Assembly: GCA_964035545.1 (NCBI GenBank) | Contig: OZ037767.1 | Location: 22,646,628-22,710,627 of the forward strand | DNA: 64,000 nucleotides | Reading direction: 5' to 3' | Source: Bugula neritina | Lineage: Eukaryota; Animalia; Bryozoa | In this document: positions 37,611 to 48,919 of the stretch, piece after piece | How positions within the stretch are numbered: position 1 is the stretch's first letter | How the letters are laid out: each line of letters opens with the position of its first letter | Program-made: the position numbers and the translations under genes | The notes under the pieces: generated by a model | Seen by the model: only the letters and a program-made list of their open reading frames with translations | What the model was told of the DNA's origin: nothing | Database searches by the model: none

Positions 37611-40253
37611 AAGTGTGACACCAAGTAGCGTATTATATGCAGTTATAGTTTTAGATTTTCTTTATTGCTTATAAGCTCTATATATTAGAAAACTTCAAAT
37701 TAGCAGAATGTGTGAAGTGAAAAGCTATTTGCACTATCTACAAGGACAGTGAACTAAGCATTCACATCATTGTAATACCTACAGTTTGAAAGTTGTAGTC
37801 ACAAAACATACCATCTTGGTAGTCTACTTTAAATTTCATTTAAATAATGTTATTGGGAGCATTTTATTGTTTTGATTACAGACATATAACATGATATATG
37901 TTCTAATGCAGTATTATTAAGGGTATAGATGTGAACTGCTTATTGGTGACCTGTGACCTATGAGACCAATAGCTCCAACAAGTAGACTGTCAATACCAAT
38001 TTTACTCAATCTTATGAGTAAAGTATTGTAAACTTCTAAATGAATCCATAGGGATTAAAGTATTTGCTACATCTATACCGTGAAAATGCAAGACAAATAA
38101 TTTTACTAATGCATATTTAAAAGGTGTGTGAATTCTTATTACCTATATAAAGTTTTCATTCACTTAATGGAAATTTCTATCACTAAAATATATAATATTA
38201 TTAATGGTATAAAGCAGTGAAATAAATTACAGGGTTGTGGTGAAGGAGTTATATACTATACTAAGTCAAAATGGCTTGAAGTTCTTGAAACATGTCTCCA
38301 CTTGAACTTTATTTCGTATGACTGAAACTAAATTCTTATAAGACGTAGTCTTTGTTCAAATGTTACATTAACAAAGCAGCTTTTAGGTTTGCAACATTCT
38401 AAATACACATTATAAAGTTTTTTACCTATAATACATCCTCATATACATTACATGTCATATATTGGTAAAGATTCAGGGTTATTATAATTTAAGGTAACAT
38501 TACAAAAACTGCACTCTCTGGTAACAATACCATGTCATAATTGCAGTTTTGATACAATTTGCAAAGGGGATTTTCCTGTCAGATACAACTTTTTGAGTTT
38601 AGACCAATAGGTACTGTAAAAATTTTGAGAACTATAAAAAAATACAATATAGCTGATAATATAGAAATTGCCCAGAAGTTCAAGGAGTTAGTAGTTAATT
38701 GCATTGTAAAATAGCATATAGTTGTCAACTGTAATGACTGCTGATCACTGCACAAAACAATATGATACAAAATATTGGCAGAAGCCATTGTTGTCTATTC
38801 TCTAGATTTGGTGCTTGCAAAGTAGTTTTCTAATTCCATACGTGGAAGTGAAACAATGAATTAATTATATACGAGCCCTAACAAGCTATAGAGTTGTCTA
38901 CTAAAGCTTTAAACTAACGTGATCACAACTTCGCACTTAGTTTCTCTTTTTCGAGACAACTCCTTGTTATGATTACATCCGAGTCGGTCAAGGTTAAATG
39001 TTAAAAGGCTATGGCCCCCACCAGTTCAAGCGAGATCCATAGCAGCTCCAAGTCAAAGTGTAGCTCTTTTTAATCTTTTAAATCGTAAATAGATACTGAG
39101 ATATCGGCTAAAAGGTTAAGGTTCATAAATATGTTTTTGAATACCATTAAAAGCATTATCTCTCATAAAATATTTGATCAATATGAATAACTGCTTGTCA
39201 AATTATGATTTAACTCTAAAACTAAAAGTAAAGGCGAGTCGGTCCGAGTCCAAGTTGAAGTTTATAAATTCTAATTTAGAAATATTAGATTCAACAATTT
39301 AACTTAATTTTAATACTTATAATAATATTTAAGCTTTTAGGCTATCCTAGTACTACTAGCATTATTATTGATAACTATGTGCAATCTATCGTTAAGGTTA
39401 ACCTTAAGCTTAGCTTAGCATCTACTTCTACTTATACAGTTATAACTTATAGCTTTAGAATATAGATTTGGCAATTGCTGAACATCATAATCATGATGAT
39501 GAAATGATAATGATAAAGCTAATTATATTAATATTTCATGTTCGGCTAGTATAACTTCATAAATAATTATCTTGTTATAATCTACTTTTAAATCATTTTT
39601 TAAATGAGACTAATTTTTGCAGCATCATTATATTTATTGTGTTATATGTAAAAGTGTGAAGGGTTATTGTAGGTTTTTTTAGTCACCATGATGTAGCACG
39701 TTTTAACAGTAGTTTTATTTTTATTATCATTATACTACGCTATACTAGTACAACTAGAATTATGTTCAGCAAATAATATGTTCATCACAACTTAGGCAGT
39801 TATAGTTGTACTAATAATCTGTAATTATATTTGCCCTTTTAAGTACACTGCTGATATTTTTGCAGTATGTACGCTTTAGATTTTGTTCAGTTCACTCATA
39901 TATCTTTTTACTTTACTTACATTTCTTATATTTGTCGAATTATTGCTGTTTATACTTGCGATTAAGTTTTAAATAGGGTCTGAAATATAATGAAAGTAGA
40001 TAGCTAACATTAACAGTGTAATCATATAATTAGTTCAGTTAGGTTATGAATTTTATTCAGTACTTATTTAAGATTCTATTGATTATTCGATACAAAAATT
40101 CAAGTCATACCTGATTTGAATAGATTCAATAATAAGTTATAAGTTTACTGTAAGGTTTAGTGTTGCTTGATGCCATTAATAACTTGTTTTACAGTTTTTA
40201 ACCCATTAATGATGTCAAAAGTGATTCAATATCTAACTTGAAATTAGTAATAG

Positions 40254-40606
40254 TGTAGTAATTCGTGCAATTACTGTGCGTGAGTTATCTACTTGCGTAT
40301 AGTTAGTTGGTTATTCTGCTAGTAATTACTAGGGTAGCTGTCGAGTAATTATATTTATTATCCACAATAAAGCATAAAGTAAACATCACATCAAATTATC
40401 CTATACATCAGTCAACTGCTAATACATGTTTCTCCTTCAAGCCTCCGCTTACAACAACGTGATAAATTGTTAATAACCCGGGAAGTGTCACGTGAGTCGG
40501 AAGCATATCTTCCGGTGCTGCTAATTGGTTGCTACATAAGGGTCTTAGTATTCCCAGAATAGAGAGAGGGTGATTCCCGTATTTGTACTTTGCATGACTC
40601 ACTACA
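40254..40606 (-). repeat. 3' LTR (preceded on minus by G-rich PPT TGGGGGGCGG, ~40607-40616)
   Basis: Direct repeat of 45266-45618. Confidence 0.95.
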
Positions 40607-40903
40607 CCGCCCCCCCAACAGAAAGCCCTACTTTCTGATAACACAATACAAAAAAAACACATAAAGAAAAACTATACAATAATCCAAAAAGAAAAACATA
40701 CATAAGTAAACCCACAAAGAGGAAGAAGAGAAATAGTTGAGCACGACAACATTTATATACAGAAGTAAACAGGGTGATCGAACACACACATCTAGTCAGC
40801 TATAAAGAGAGAGGGTGCTTACCAGCACGCGGGCCAATGTCGGAGCACTCGTCACTTTCCAGACGAAATACAGCTCAACGAAAGGTGCCTACCCCAGGCA
40901 TAC

Positions 40904-41961
40904 TCATTGGGTGGACTCTGACTCTTGTAGCGAGCGTGCTCTGTGTCGAGCCTGTCGGGCACGTAGCCGCCTCTTCAGTCGCCCCACTGAGTCCTTCAAC
41001 TGGTATAGACCTGTCGTCGTATCCAGCAAGTCAGGGGCAAGTTGTGTGAACTCGGCTTGTAGTCTTACAAGCCGCTCTTCTACATTAGCCAGCTGGCTAG
41101 GCCTTGGCGGGGTTGTAGTAGTCTCTGTTAGAGGGGGTATTGTTGTTCCTTCTAATTCGGGGGTGTTGCTAGGGTTGACGGGGGTAGGAGACGGGCCCTG
41201 AACCATAGGGGACTTATGGCGGGCGGATAACAGCAGTACTTGGAACCCTGACGCTAGTGCGGCCAGGGTGATAGCCTTCCTGATGACTGGCTTGATGGCA
41301 TCCAGGTATTGGGGGAAACTGTCCTCATCAACAGTATGGTTCTCTCCGGCGAAGCAGCTCAGCTTATGGACTGTCACGGGATACGGGTATACGTCGTGGA
41401 ACCCGCATGGGCAGAAGTGGAGTAGAAAATGGGCGTCTACATGTAGACGCAGGGAGCGGTGTGACGGGCACTCCTCGAAGCAGACCTGGCAGGTTCGGTG
41501 GGGTCCGCTGGGTCCCCAGGCTTCCTCAATTCTCCTTTCCGTCGTGGGTGACACCCAGCGGTGTCGTCGACGAAGCACCACGGGTATGCCATTCTCCATT
41601 ACAGGTTCCTCTTCCATAGGCAGAGAGGTTGGCTGGTCCCGTGACCGGGAGGTGGTCACTCGAGTGTGATCTGAAAGAGTAGCAGTGTTAAAGATTATAC
41701 ACTGAGGTACCGTCGGCGTGTACAGCCTGACCGGTACGCTGTTCAGTTACACTCGTGAGATTCAGGCTAATGAATAGTTGATGGAGAACACACTCGCTAT
41801 GGCAGATTATTTAAAATCAAAGTCGACGTGTATTCCCACCACTGTTTATCATTATCGAATCTCCAGCTCGCTAGCTAATGTAGCTAAAGCTGACTGATGC
41901 AGTCTAGTTATCGTACCAAAAACATAATTAACTCACCCTTCGATCCAGAATAGTAAGACAT
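40904..41961 (-). CDS. Retroelement accessory ORF3 (~263 aa): C2H2 + C2HC zinc fingers, coiled coil, basic tail; spliced
   Basis: Mini-exon 41961-41937 (ATG...AAG G|gtgagt) joins in phase to acceptor ctctttcag|AT at 41670 and to the 251-codon ORF ending at 40904. Fingers C-x2-C-x12-H-x3-H and C-x-C-x12-H-x3-C. Confidence 0.7.
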
Positions 41962-42309
41962 TTTGGAATGAGAGCGGTAAATGATTACTGTTTAGTGGCA
42001 CGTCTACTCTTGACTGCATCAACGTAGGAAAAGACCGGACAGCGTGGTTGTGAAACGTGACTATGGCTTTTCACTTCCAGCGGATGAATCTCGTGTGAGA
42101 TTCCGACGAGGCAAAAGTTGAGATTTCCGTGGTGTTCACAACTCCCACGTCTCTTTGCCTGTTTTCCCATGCGAGGCCTCTCTAGACTTTCGTTACTGCC
42201 GCTTATACCGCGGTCACGTACACAGTCTCTGAGACACGCTGGAAGTTGCCTAGTGTGTGGTCCTGGAGGCGTCGTCACTGTGGGAGGCGGTGTGCTCACC
42301 CGTGGATTG

Positions 42310-44333
42310 TTATGTCTCACGGGTGGTTTTTCCAGCCTGTTTGTGACGGTTGTTCCTACGTTGGTATCTCCTTGCGGAGCCCCTCCCACGAGGGGTTTTT
42401 GCACTTCCGGACCCGTTTCCGGTTCCGGAAGTGGTGGTGATGGCAGGCTTGACGTTGGGGGCGGTGGGCGCACTTTCAAGGACGGAAGTGGCCTTTCTCG
42501 CCTCGCCAAGTCTTCCTGAGGTGTCATGGAGGTGTTTCCGGCCAGGACGACAGTCTCCGCTTGCCAAGAACCTTCTCGCACAATGCGTCTGCCGCCCCGC
42601 TTCACCAGGGAGACGGCTATGCTTGTTGGTCTGGCAGACTTTGCACCGTCTCACTCTGCGCCGGATATCCCGCTCCATGTTGGGCCAGTACCACCGGAGT
42701 TGTAGCTTGGTGACCACCCCTTGGACTCCTCCGTGAGTCTTCTCCTGGGTGTCTTGTATCAACTCCCGGCGGATGGCAACTGGGCAGACGACCCTCTTCC
42801 TGGCTGGCTGTCTGCTGTTGGCGGCCAAGGTCATGGTCAGCAGACCATCTGGCCCGACCCGCAGAGAGTTCCAACGTTGACAGTACAGCCGTAACTCGGC
42901 GCATCCCTGTCGCCGTTGTTTACTACTGGGTCGTCGCCCTTCCTGTTTCGCTCGGTACACGTCGGCTACCACCCCAGGAAGGCTTTCCTGGAGCTTCGGC
43001 AGCTCCCTAACGTTACCAGCCCATACAGGTTTGGCGCGGAGGCTCTGGACAGCCTCCGGGGGCGTGTCAGCCCTCTGTTGGAGTTGCTGAGCAGGGGCGG
43101 TCTTCGCCGCCCGTGGTACCTCACGACAGCCTGCTCTATTTAGGCGGGCGTCGTGGTCTGTGTGGCGGAACGCCTCACTGTACCCATGTGGCAACCTAGC
43201 CATAGCCTGGCGCTTTCCGTTGCCTGTGCAGCCACGCGTCCCTGGAGGATGGGAGGCGTGGGTTGGGACGGTCCTCCGCCCTTGAGACGGGCTCTGCTGA
43301 GGACCTTCCGTCGTAGCTCCCGACGACGCCCCAATGGCTTCCTCCTGGACAGGATGGAAGCGGCCCAGCATGGACCTGGGTGGTAGGTCTACTGTCTCTG
43401 AGGAGGGGTTGACACACTGCACTGAGATCTCTCCTTGTCCCGTAAGCCGGCTAAAGCTATGGGCAAGTTGGACTCTCGAGTGCGTACTTTCGACAACTCC
43501 CAACTTAGAGGTTTGGCCACCGTCTACCTTGCAGCGGACGGTAGCCCGGGAGTGGCCTGGTATAGTACAGCTCCGTACTACCTGCACTGCTCCCGCTAGA
43601 GGACGACCAAACTTATCGACACAAGCGAGCTCCCTGTCGCCCATGATCATCGCAGATTTACTGAAATCGATGCGACATCTGTGTCGTTGTAAGAATGGCA
43701 TCCCGAGGATAGCGTCCTCGTTGAGCTGCCCGACGATAAACGTCTCTTGGATGGCCTGGTTACGGACGTAACCAGTCAGCTCAATAATGCCGTAGAAGGG
43801 AATGCACGACCCGTCTGCCAGGGTGCCATGATCCCCCTCATACGGTGCCAACCCGTCCTTGACCTTAGCGCTGAGGGTGTCAAAGAATTGACGGCTAAGG
43901 AGGTTGGTGGTGCAGCCTGAGTCCAGGAGGAAGTTGGCAGGCTTGCCGGCTAGCTTTCCTGGCAGGAAGTAGCTACTTCCGTGTGGCTGCAGCTGTGTGC
44001 GCCGTGGTTGCACCTCCCTCGCTGTGGGTCGAGGGGTCCACGGTTGGCGACGACTATTGACCAGCTGCCGAGGTTGGGGCGGTATGCCTTGCGGCGCCTG
44101 TACCGTTTCCCTCGCAGGCTCTGAGATCAACCGTCTGCCGGCTCCGTGTTGGTGTTGGAGTGGCGTAGAGGACCCAGGCGGTGAGTGGCTTGAGCCTACT
44201 TGCCGCGGGGGTCGCCACTTCACAGCATCTCTGCGCGGCGCCCAGCGGGGCGGCAGACGCGCGGGCCTCCCTGGGTGATTTACAGACGGCCCGCAGGAGG
44301 TGGGAACATCTGCGGGCCGTGGTAGTTTAACCC
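42310..44333 (-). CDS. Truncated pol: aspartic protease + integrase zinc-binding remnant; RT, RNase H and integrase core absent
   Basis: FLLDSGCTTNLL and AILGMPFL (protease); THGG...WYWPNM...CKVCQ (integrase HHCC-like remnant); no YxDD motif seen. Open in the -1 frame relative to gag. Confidence 0.85.
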
Positions 44334-45230
44334 TTGTTGGAGTTGAGGGCAGTTCCTCTGGAAATGTCCTGGCCTTCCGCATCCCCAGCAGAAGTTGTGC
44401 CCCATGCCTGGTGATTGTACCTGCGGCCCGCAAGGCTCACGGGCGGTATCTACCTGGCTTGGGGAAGCTAATGTGGCGACCAGTTTATCTAGCATGTCAG
44501 TCATCTGTGCGACTTTTGATGCTAGTGACATCTGGTTCACATTAGCCACCGCGGAGGGTTCCGCGTTTGGTTCGGTATGAGCAGTAGTGTGCTCCGTGGT
44601 CACCTGGCGGGAGGCCACGCGGTTGCGGTGCATATGAGTCGCCATGAGGTAGGCTTCTCCCACCGCAAGTGCATCTTCGACCGTGGTGACTCCCCTCGCT
44701 TGGAATTGATGGTGGAGCCCCAAGTCGTTGATGGACTGCACGAAGGTATCATAAGTATACCTCTCACGGTGTACTGGAGGCAGATCGCGGAACGCGATCT
44801 GCGCTAGTGGGTACACCGTGGCAGCGTGCTCTTGTAGCGACGTGTGAGGATCACGCCGCAGCCTTTGTAGACGGGCCCGCGCATCTATGGGGGAGATGCC
44901 AAAGCGGGCCCGCAGAGAAGCAAAGATTCCGTCTATGTCAGGTCCCGCTCCGTACGGCTTAGCCTTGTCCGTCAGCGCCATCCTGAGCTTGAGCAACGCC
45001 ACCCTTGGCGGCCACTGTGCAATCTCCATCACATCTTGGAATTCTTGGATAAACTGCTCCACTGCTTCTTCGCCTGTGAAGGTGGGCGCCTTCAGCCGGT
45101 ATCTGTCTTCACCATGCTCTCTAGGAATTCTCACTTCTTCTTCTAACACCACTGGTTCCACAGGTATATCAACATTATCTCTCTCACCTTCATTCAGTGG
45201 AATGAGTAGCTCCGTGCCGTCTTCTGCCAT
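44280..45230 (-). CDS. Gag with CCHC zinc knuckle
   Basis: KAPTFTG capsid-like start; CWGCGRPGHFQRNC knuckle; first ATG at 45230, just after the PBS. Confidence 0.9.
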   Translation of the reverse strand: MAEDGTELLIPLNEGERDNVDIPVEPVVLEEEVRIPREHGEDRYRLKAPTFTGEEAVEQFIQEFQDVMEIAQWPPRVALLKLRMALTDKAKPYGAGPDIDGIFASLRARFGISPIDARARLQRLRRDPHTSLQEHAATVYPLAQIAFRDLPPVHRERYTYDTFVQSINDLGLHHQFQARGVTTVEDALAVGEAYLMATHMHRNRVASRQVTTEHTTAHTEPNAEPSAVANVNQMSLASKVAQMTDMLDKLVATLASPSQVDTAREPCGPQVQSPGMGHNFCWGCGRPGHFQRNCPQLQQGLNYHGPQMFPPPAGRL

Positions 45231-45246
45231 GACTGCTATACGCAAG

Positions 45247-45264
45247 ATCCCACTGCTGCCACCA
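45247..45264 (-). other. Primer-binding site, tRNA-Leu type
   Basis: TGGTGGCAGCAGTGGGAT, 1 nt after the 5' LTR, complementary to the ...AUCCCAC(C/U)GCUGCCACCA 3' end of animal tRNA-Leu. Confidence 0.8.
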
Positions 45265-45265
45265 C

Positions 45266-45618
45266 TGTAGTAATTCGTGCAATTACTGTGCGTGAGTTAT
45301 CTACTTGCGTATAGTTAGTTGGTTATTCTGCTAGTAATTACTAGGGTAGCTGTCGAGTAATTATATTTATTATCCACAATAAAGCATAAAGTAAACATCA
45401 CATCAAATTATCCTATACATCAGTCAACTGCTAATACATGTTTCTCCTTCAAGCCTCCGCTTACAACAACGTGATAAATTGTTAATAACCCGGGAAGTGT
45501 CACGTGAGTCGGAAGCATATCTTCCGGTGCTGCTAATTGGTTGCTACATAAGGGTCTTAGTATTCCCAGAATAGAGAGAGGGCGATTCCCGTATTTGTAC
45601 TTTGCATGACTCACTACA
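45266..45618 (-). repeat. 5' LTR
   Basis: Identical to 40254-40606 except gggCgattc versus gggTgattc. Confidence 0.95.
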
Positions 45619-45916
45619 ATAGTTTTATTTTTATGTGAATTTCCATATTCAAGCCAATGGTATACTCTAGTTGTTATTTTCACAGAGAAAGATCTTTGTA
45701 TATGTTTAGTGTAGATATTAGAAATGTTGTAATCAATTGTCAAACTGAAAAGGCTATAATTGAACGGCACTATTTGAAGGTTTTTATAATAGTTAGTTGA
45801 CTCACTCCTTTAATCATTAGTATTGTTTCTGTTGACTTAAATTAAATTTCTGTTGAAAATGTTTTATCTTTTCTTGTAGCTATAATTTTTGCAAATATTT
45901 TGTTTTAGATTTATCA

Positions 45917-47847
45917 ATGGAAAATATAGAAATTCAGGTAATTTCTTTAATCTCCACAGACTCTCTGCCAGAGATTTATAATTTTTACTTTTTTTGATAT
46001 TTCATATTTATTATCAGTCAACCTTCACGGAAAGTAATAGTTGAGTTTATCGGATCTACTTTAATATGTAACCTGTTTATATGTGCCAACCCTGTCAACT
46101 GCATCTGATAAGGAATCACATTTAAGATTTCTTGTTAATCTAAATAAATAAACTGCCTGACTTTATCGGCCTTTGTGACATATATTAGTCAAATTACCAG
46201 TCCCTCCCATTTTTATTATCAGGTTTGGACAGCGAATGAGAAACTAAGCAGATGGAAAGAGTTGGTTGACATTTGGCTGAACTTTCGGAGGTATGAACCC
46301 CTGAGCTCTGGTATCATGGACCTTGAAGATGCAGAGACAAGGGAATATGCAGGATATGCATTCAGAGACATGCTGAGTTATGATTCTACTCCCTGTGTTG
46401 TAGCCTGGGATACTGTAAATAACAAGGTATACAGTGTAAATTTATTAGTTCAATTACTCAAGTATAATGGGCTTAGTTTTTTTTAATAAAGTAAATGCAC
46501 TTTATAGGAACCTATGCTACATGAATTTTAGCTCATCTCTTATTGACCTTCTCTTTTTATGTTTTGTCTAATGGTATTAAAGGTAAACCTTAATCTTACA
46601 TTATAACTACTGGATTGTTGCACCGCAGACATTTCTCAACTGTACCATCTATCTATTAGTTATTCAAATATTTTTCATTTAATTTTTTGTAGTTTACCAA
46701 TTAATATACACACGGAATATATACAAGCAAGCTGTGATATAATAGAGCATGTAGATAAGTTGTATATAATATAAAGTGTGTCTCAAAGAATTAAAAACGC
46801 AAACAGACGGTTGACTATTGTAAATGAAGTCAGGTTCTGAAATTAACACAACATATTTGGTGTTAGCCTAGGGCCACACGGTGCGTATTTTCGCATGCGA
46901 AAATTGAAATCACAAGTAGCAAAGGTGTCCACTGTGCGCGTTGAGAAAACCTTCGCACTTGTCGCTCTGCATTTTCAACGCAAGTGCGAATCGTCTCTGT
47001 CGTCGTTACCTAATTGGCTGGTAGTTATTCAGCGAGCCCAATTTCTTTATTTTAGTGCTACATTCCAGTAAATTGCGTTTTATTGAAAGCGAGTGCGATT
47101 TAAAAATGAAAGCTTTATTTATCACGCATCACTGACTCTACAGTGGACACATTTGCTACCTGTGGTTTCAATTTTCGCATGCGAAAATACGCACCGTGTG
47201 GCCCTAGGCTTACAGGTTATTAGATAATATCTTTACTGTATATTAGGCAGCGGGATTTGTGTTCTCCATCGCTCAATACTCTCCTGAAGCGACTCCATTA
47301 GAGTTGCAAAGCCGATGTCTTCGTAGCTTCGATAAATATCCGTTTGGTGAAGGGGTTCTGAAAAAACTAAGTGGCGTTGCAACATTCTTGCATGAGCTGT
47401 TCAACAAAGCAGACGTATTCAACAAACTCAGGTGAATTACGTTGTGCATACGTACACACTGTAAATTACCCATTATATATATACTGTGTGCACACATGTT
47501 TTGCATTGCGTGTTTTACACTCTGTACTTAGCTATGTGCTATGTTACTGTTGCAGTGTAGACAAGGTGTTTATGATCCACGTAACCAGTGTCTTGCAAGA
47601 ATACACTAGAAAAGGATTAGCCAATGAAATGACAAAGAAAGTCTTAGAAGTGGCCAAAGAAGCTGGATTTGAGTATGCAGTTTCAGAAAGTACAAGTTCA
47701 TACACTCAACACAATAAGATTAAAAGATTTGGTTTTGAAAAATTATTTGAGATTGACTTTGAGAGTAATTATGCCAATTATGACATGATGCCGCAGTCAT
47801 TGAAGGAGACCCATAAATCTGCTGCCGTTTTGGTAAAGAGGCTGTAG
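45917..47847 (+). CDS. GNAT acetyltransferase, insect-type AANAT-like, paralogue B
   Basis: Exons 45917-45937, 46223-46426, 47247-47431, 47556-47847; same exon structure and phases as paralogue A. Confidence 0.8.
46866..47209. mobile_element. PIF/Harbinger-type MITE, family A copy 4 (in GNAT-B intron)
   Basis: Same TIRs; TTA on both sides; ends 37 nt before the exon at 47247. Confidence 0.9.
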
Positions 47848-48919
47848 ATTATGTCATACTGATAGTTCATGTCATAACTTTCTTTTTTTTTAAATATTAT
47901 CGACAAATCATTCCTCGTAATAAGCTTAGAAAATTTTCACCGTTAGTTGGAAAAATAGATTTACCTTCAAATATTATCCTTTGATCAACAGTCTGTGAAC
48001 TTAGAATTTACCTGCTAAATGTTTTACTGACATTTGTGCAGCAGCAGGTTTTTAAACTAAGTTACAATGATTAGCAGAAGGGCTGTCTCATCCATAGGCC
48101 AGGAAAATGTCTCGACAGTCAACATGATGTAGGATCCCCCCAACTAGTGCTTCATCATGGCCTTTGGTTTGTAGTAGTTTTGTCTTTCATATTAAATTTA
48201 TCATGTTTTCTCCTGTCTATAGGCCAATGAATACTTTCTACTATTGTAGTTCATCTAGTCAAATTTACTGTAGTAATGTTATTTATTTACACAGATGCAA
48301 TTTTTCTTTCTGTGCTGTATGTCTAGTCATATTACTATAGTTATTGCTATACTTGTATAATGTTGTTACTGCTAATTTAGACAAATTTATTTTTGCTATA
48401 AATATTTTTATTCATATCTTTTTTGTCTAACAAAAATACAATCGAACAAAATTGTGAATGATTATTGATTTTAACTTGTGCTATACAGTACTACACTTAT
48501 TTGTATAGTATCATCATAAATAAATAGCATTTTACATTATTCACATTATTCATATTCACATCTCCTACATTAGCACCACGTCCTTAGTAAAGTGTTTGAC
48601 ACAATGCTTCATTTTAATTCTACAAGTCAAGTTTTCCTGAGAGAAATAATGATGATTATAACAATAGAAATACAAAAATAGGAGACTAAAATATACTATT
48701 GCCGCTAGCAAATAGATAAACATGTACTAAACTTCAAAATGAATATTCTAGCATATAATTAACTTTTAGTTGTTTATAAAATTGCTATTTGTAATTATCA
48801 ACTTGTCACTGTATTTTTAATTTTGTTAAGGACATAACCTTTAGGTAACTTATTAGGCATAAAACAAATACAATGCTTGACTGTGAAATAAACAGTACAT
48901 TAACAGAAAACAGAAATAG

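Larger units (their letters stand above)
40254..45618 (-). mobile_element. Non-autonomous Ty3/Gypsy LTR retrotransposon (5365 bp), recent insertion
   Basis: 353-bp TG...CA LTRs with one mismatch; ATAG TSD at 40250-40253 and 45619-45622; PBS, PPT, gag, truncated pol, extra ORF. Confidence 0.95.

Noticed and set aside
38566-38576. GGGGATTTTCC NF-kB-like site
   Set aside because: Single short motif with no defined TSS nearby; could occur by chance.
40904-41659. ORF3 as a retroviral env gene
   Set aside because: No signal peptide, fusion peptide or transmembrane anchor; zinc fingers instead.
40774-45270. Numerous plus-strand ORFs inside the Gypsy element
   Set aside because: Antisense shadows of GC-rich gag, pol and ORF3, with no motifs of their own.
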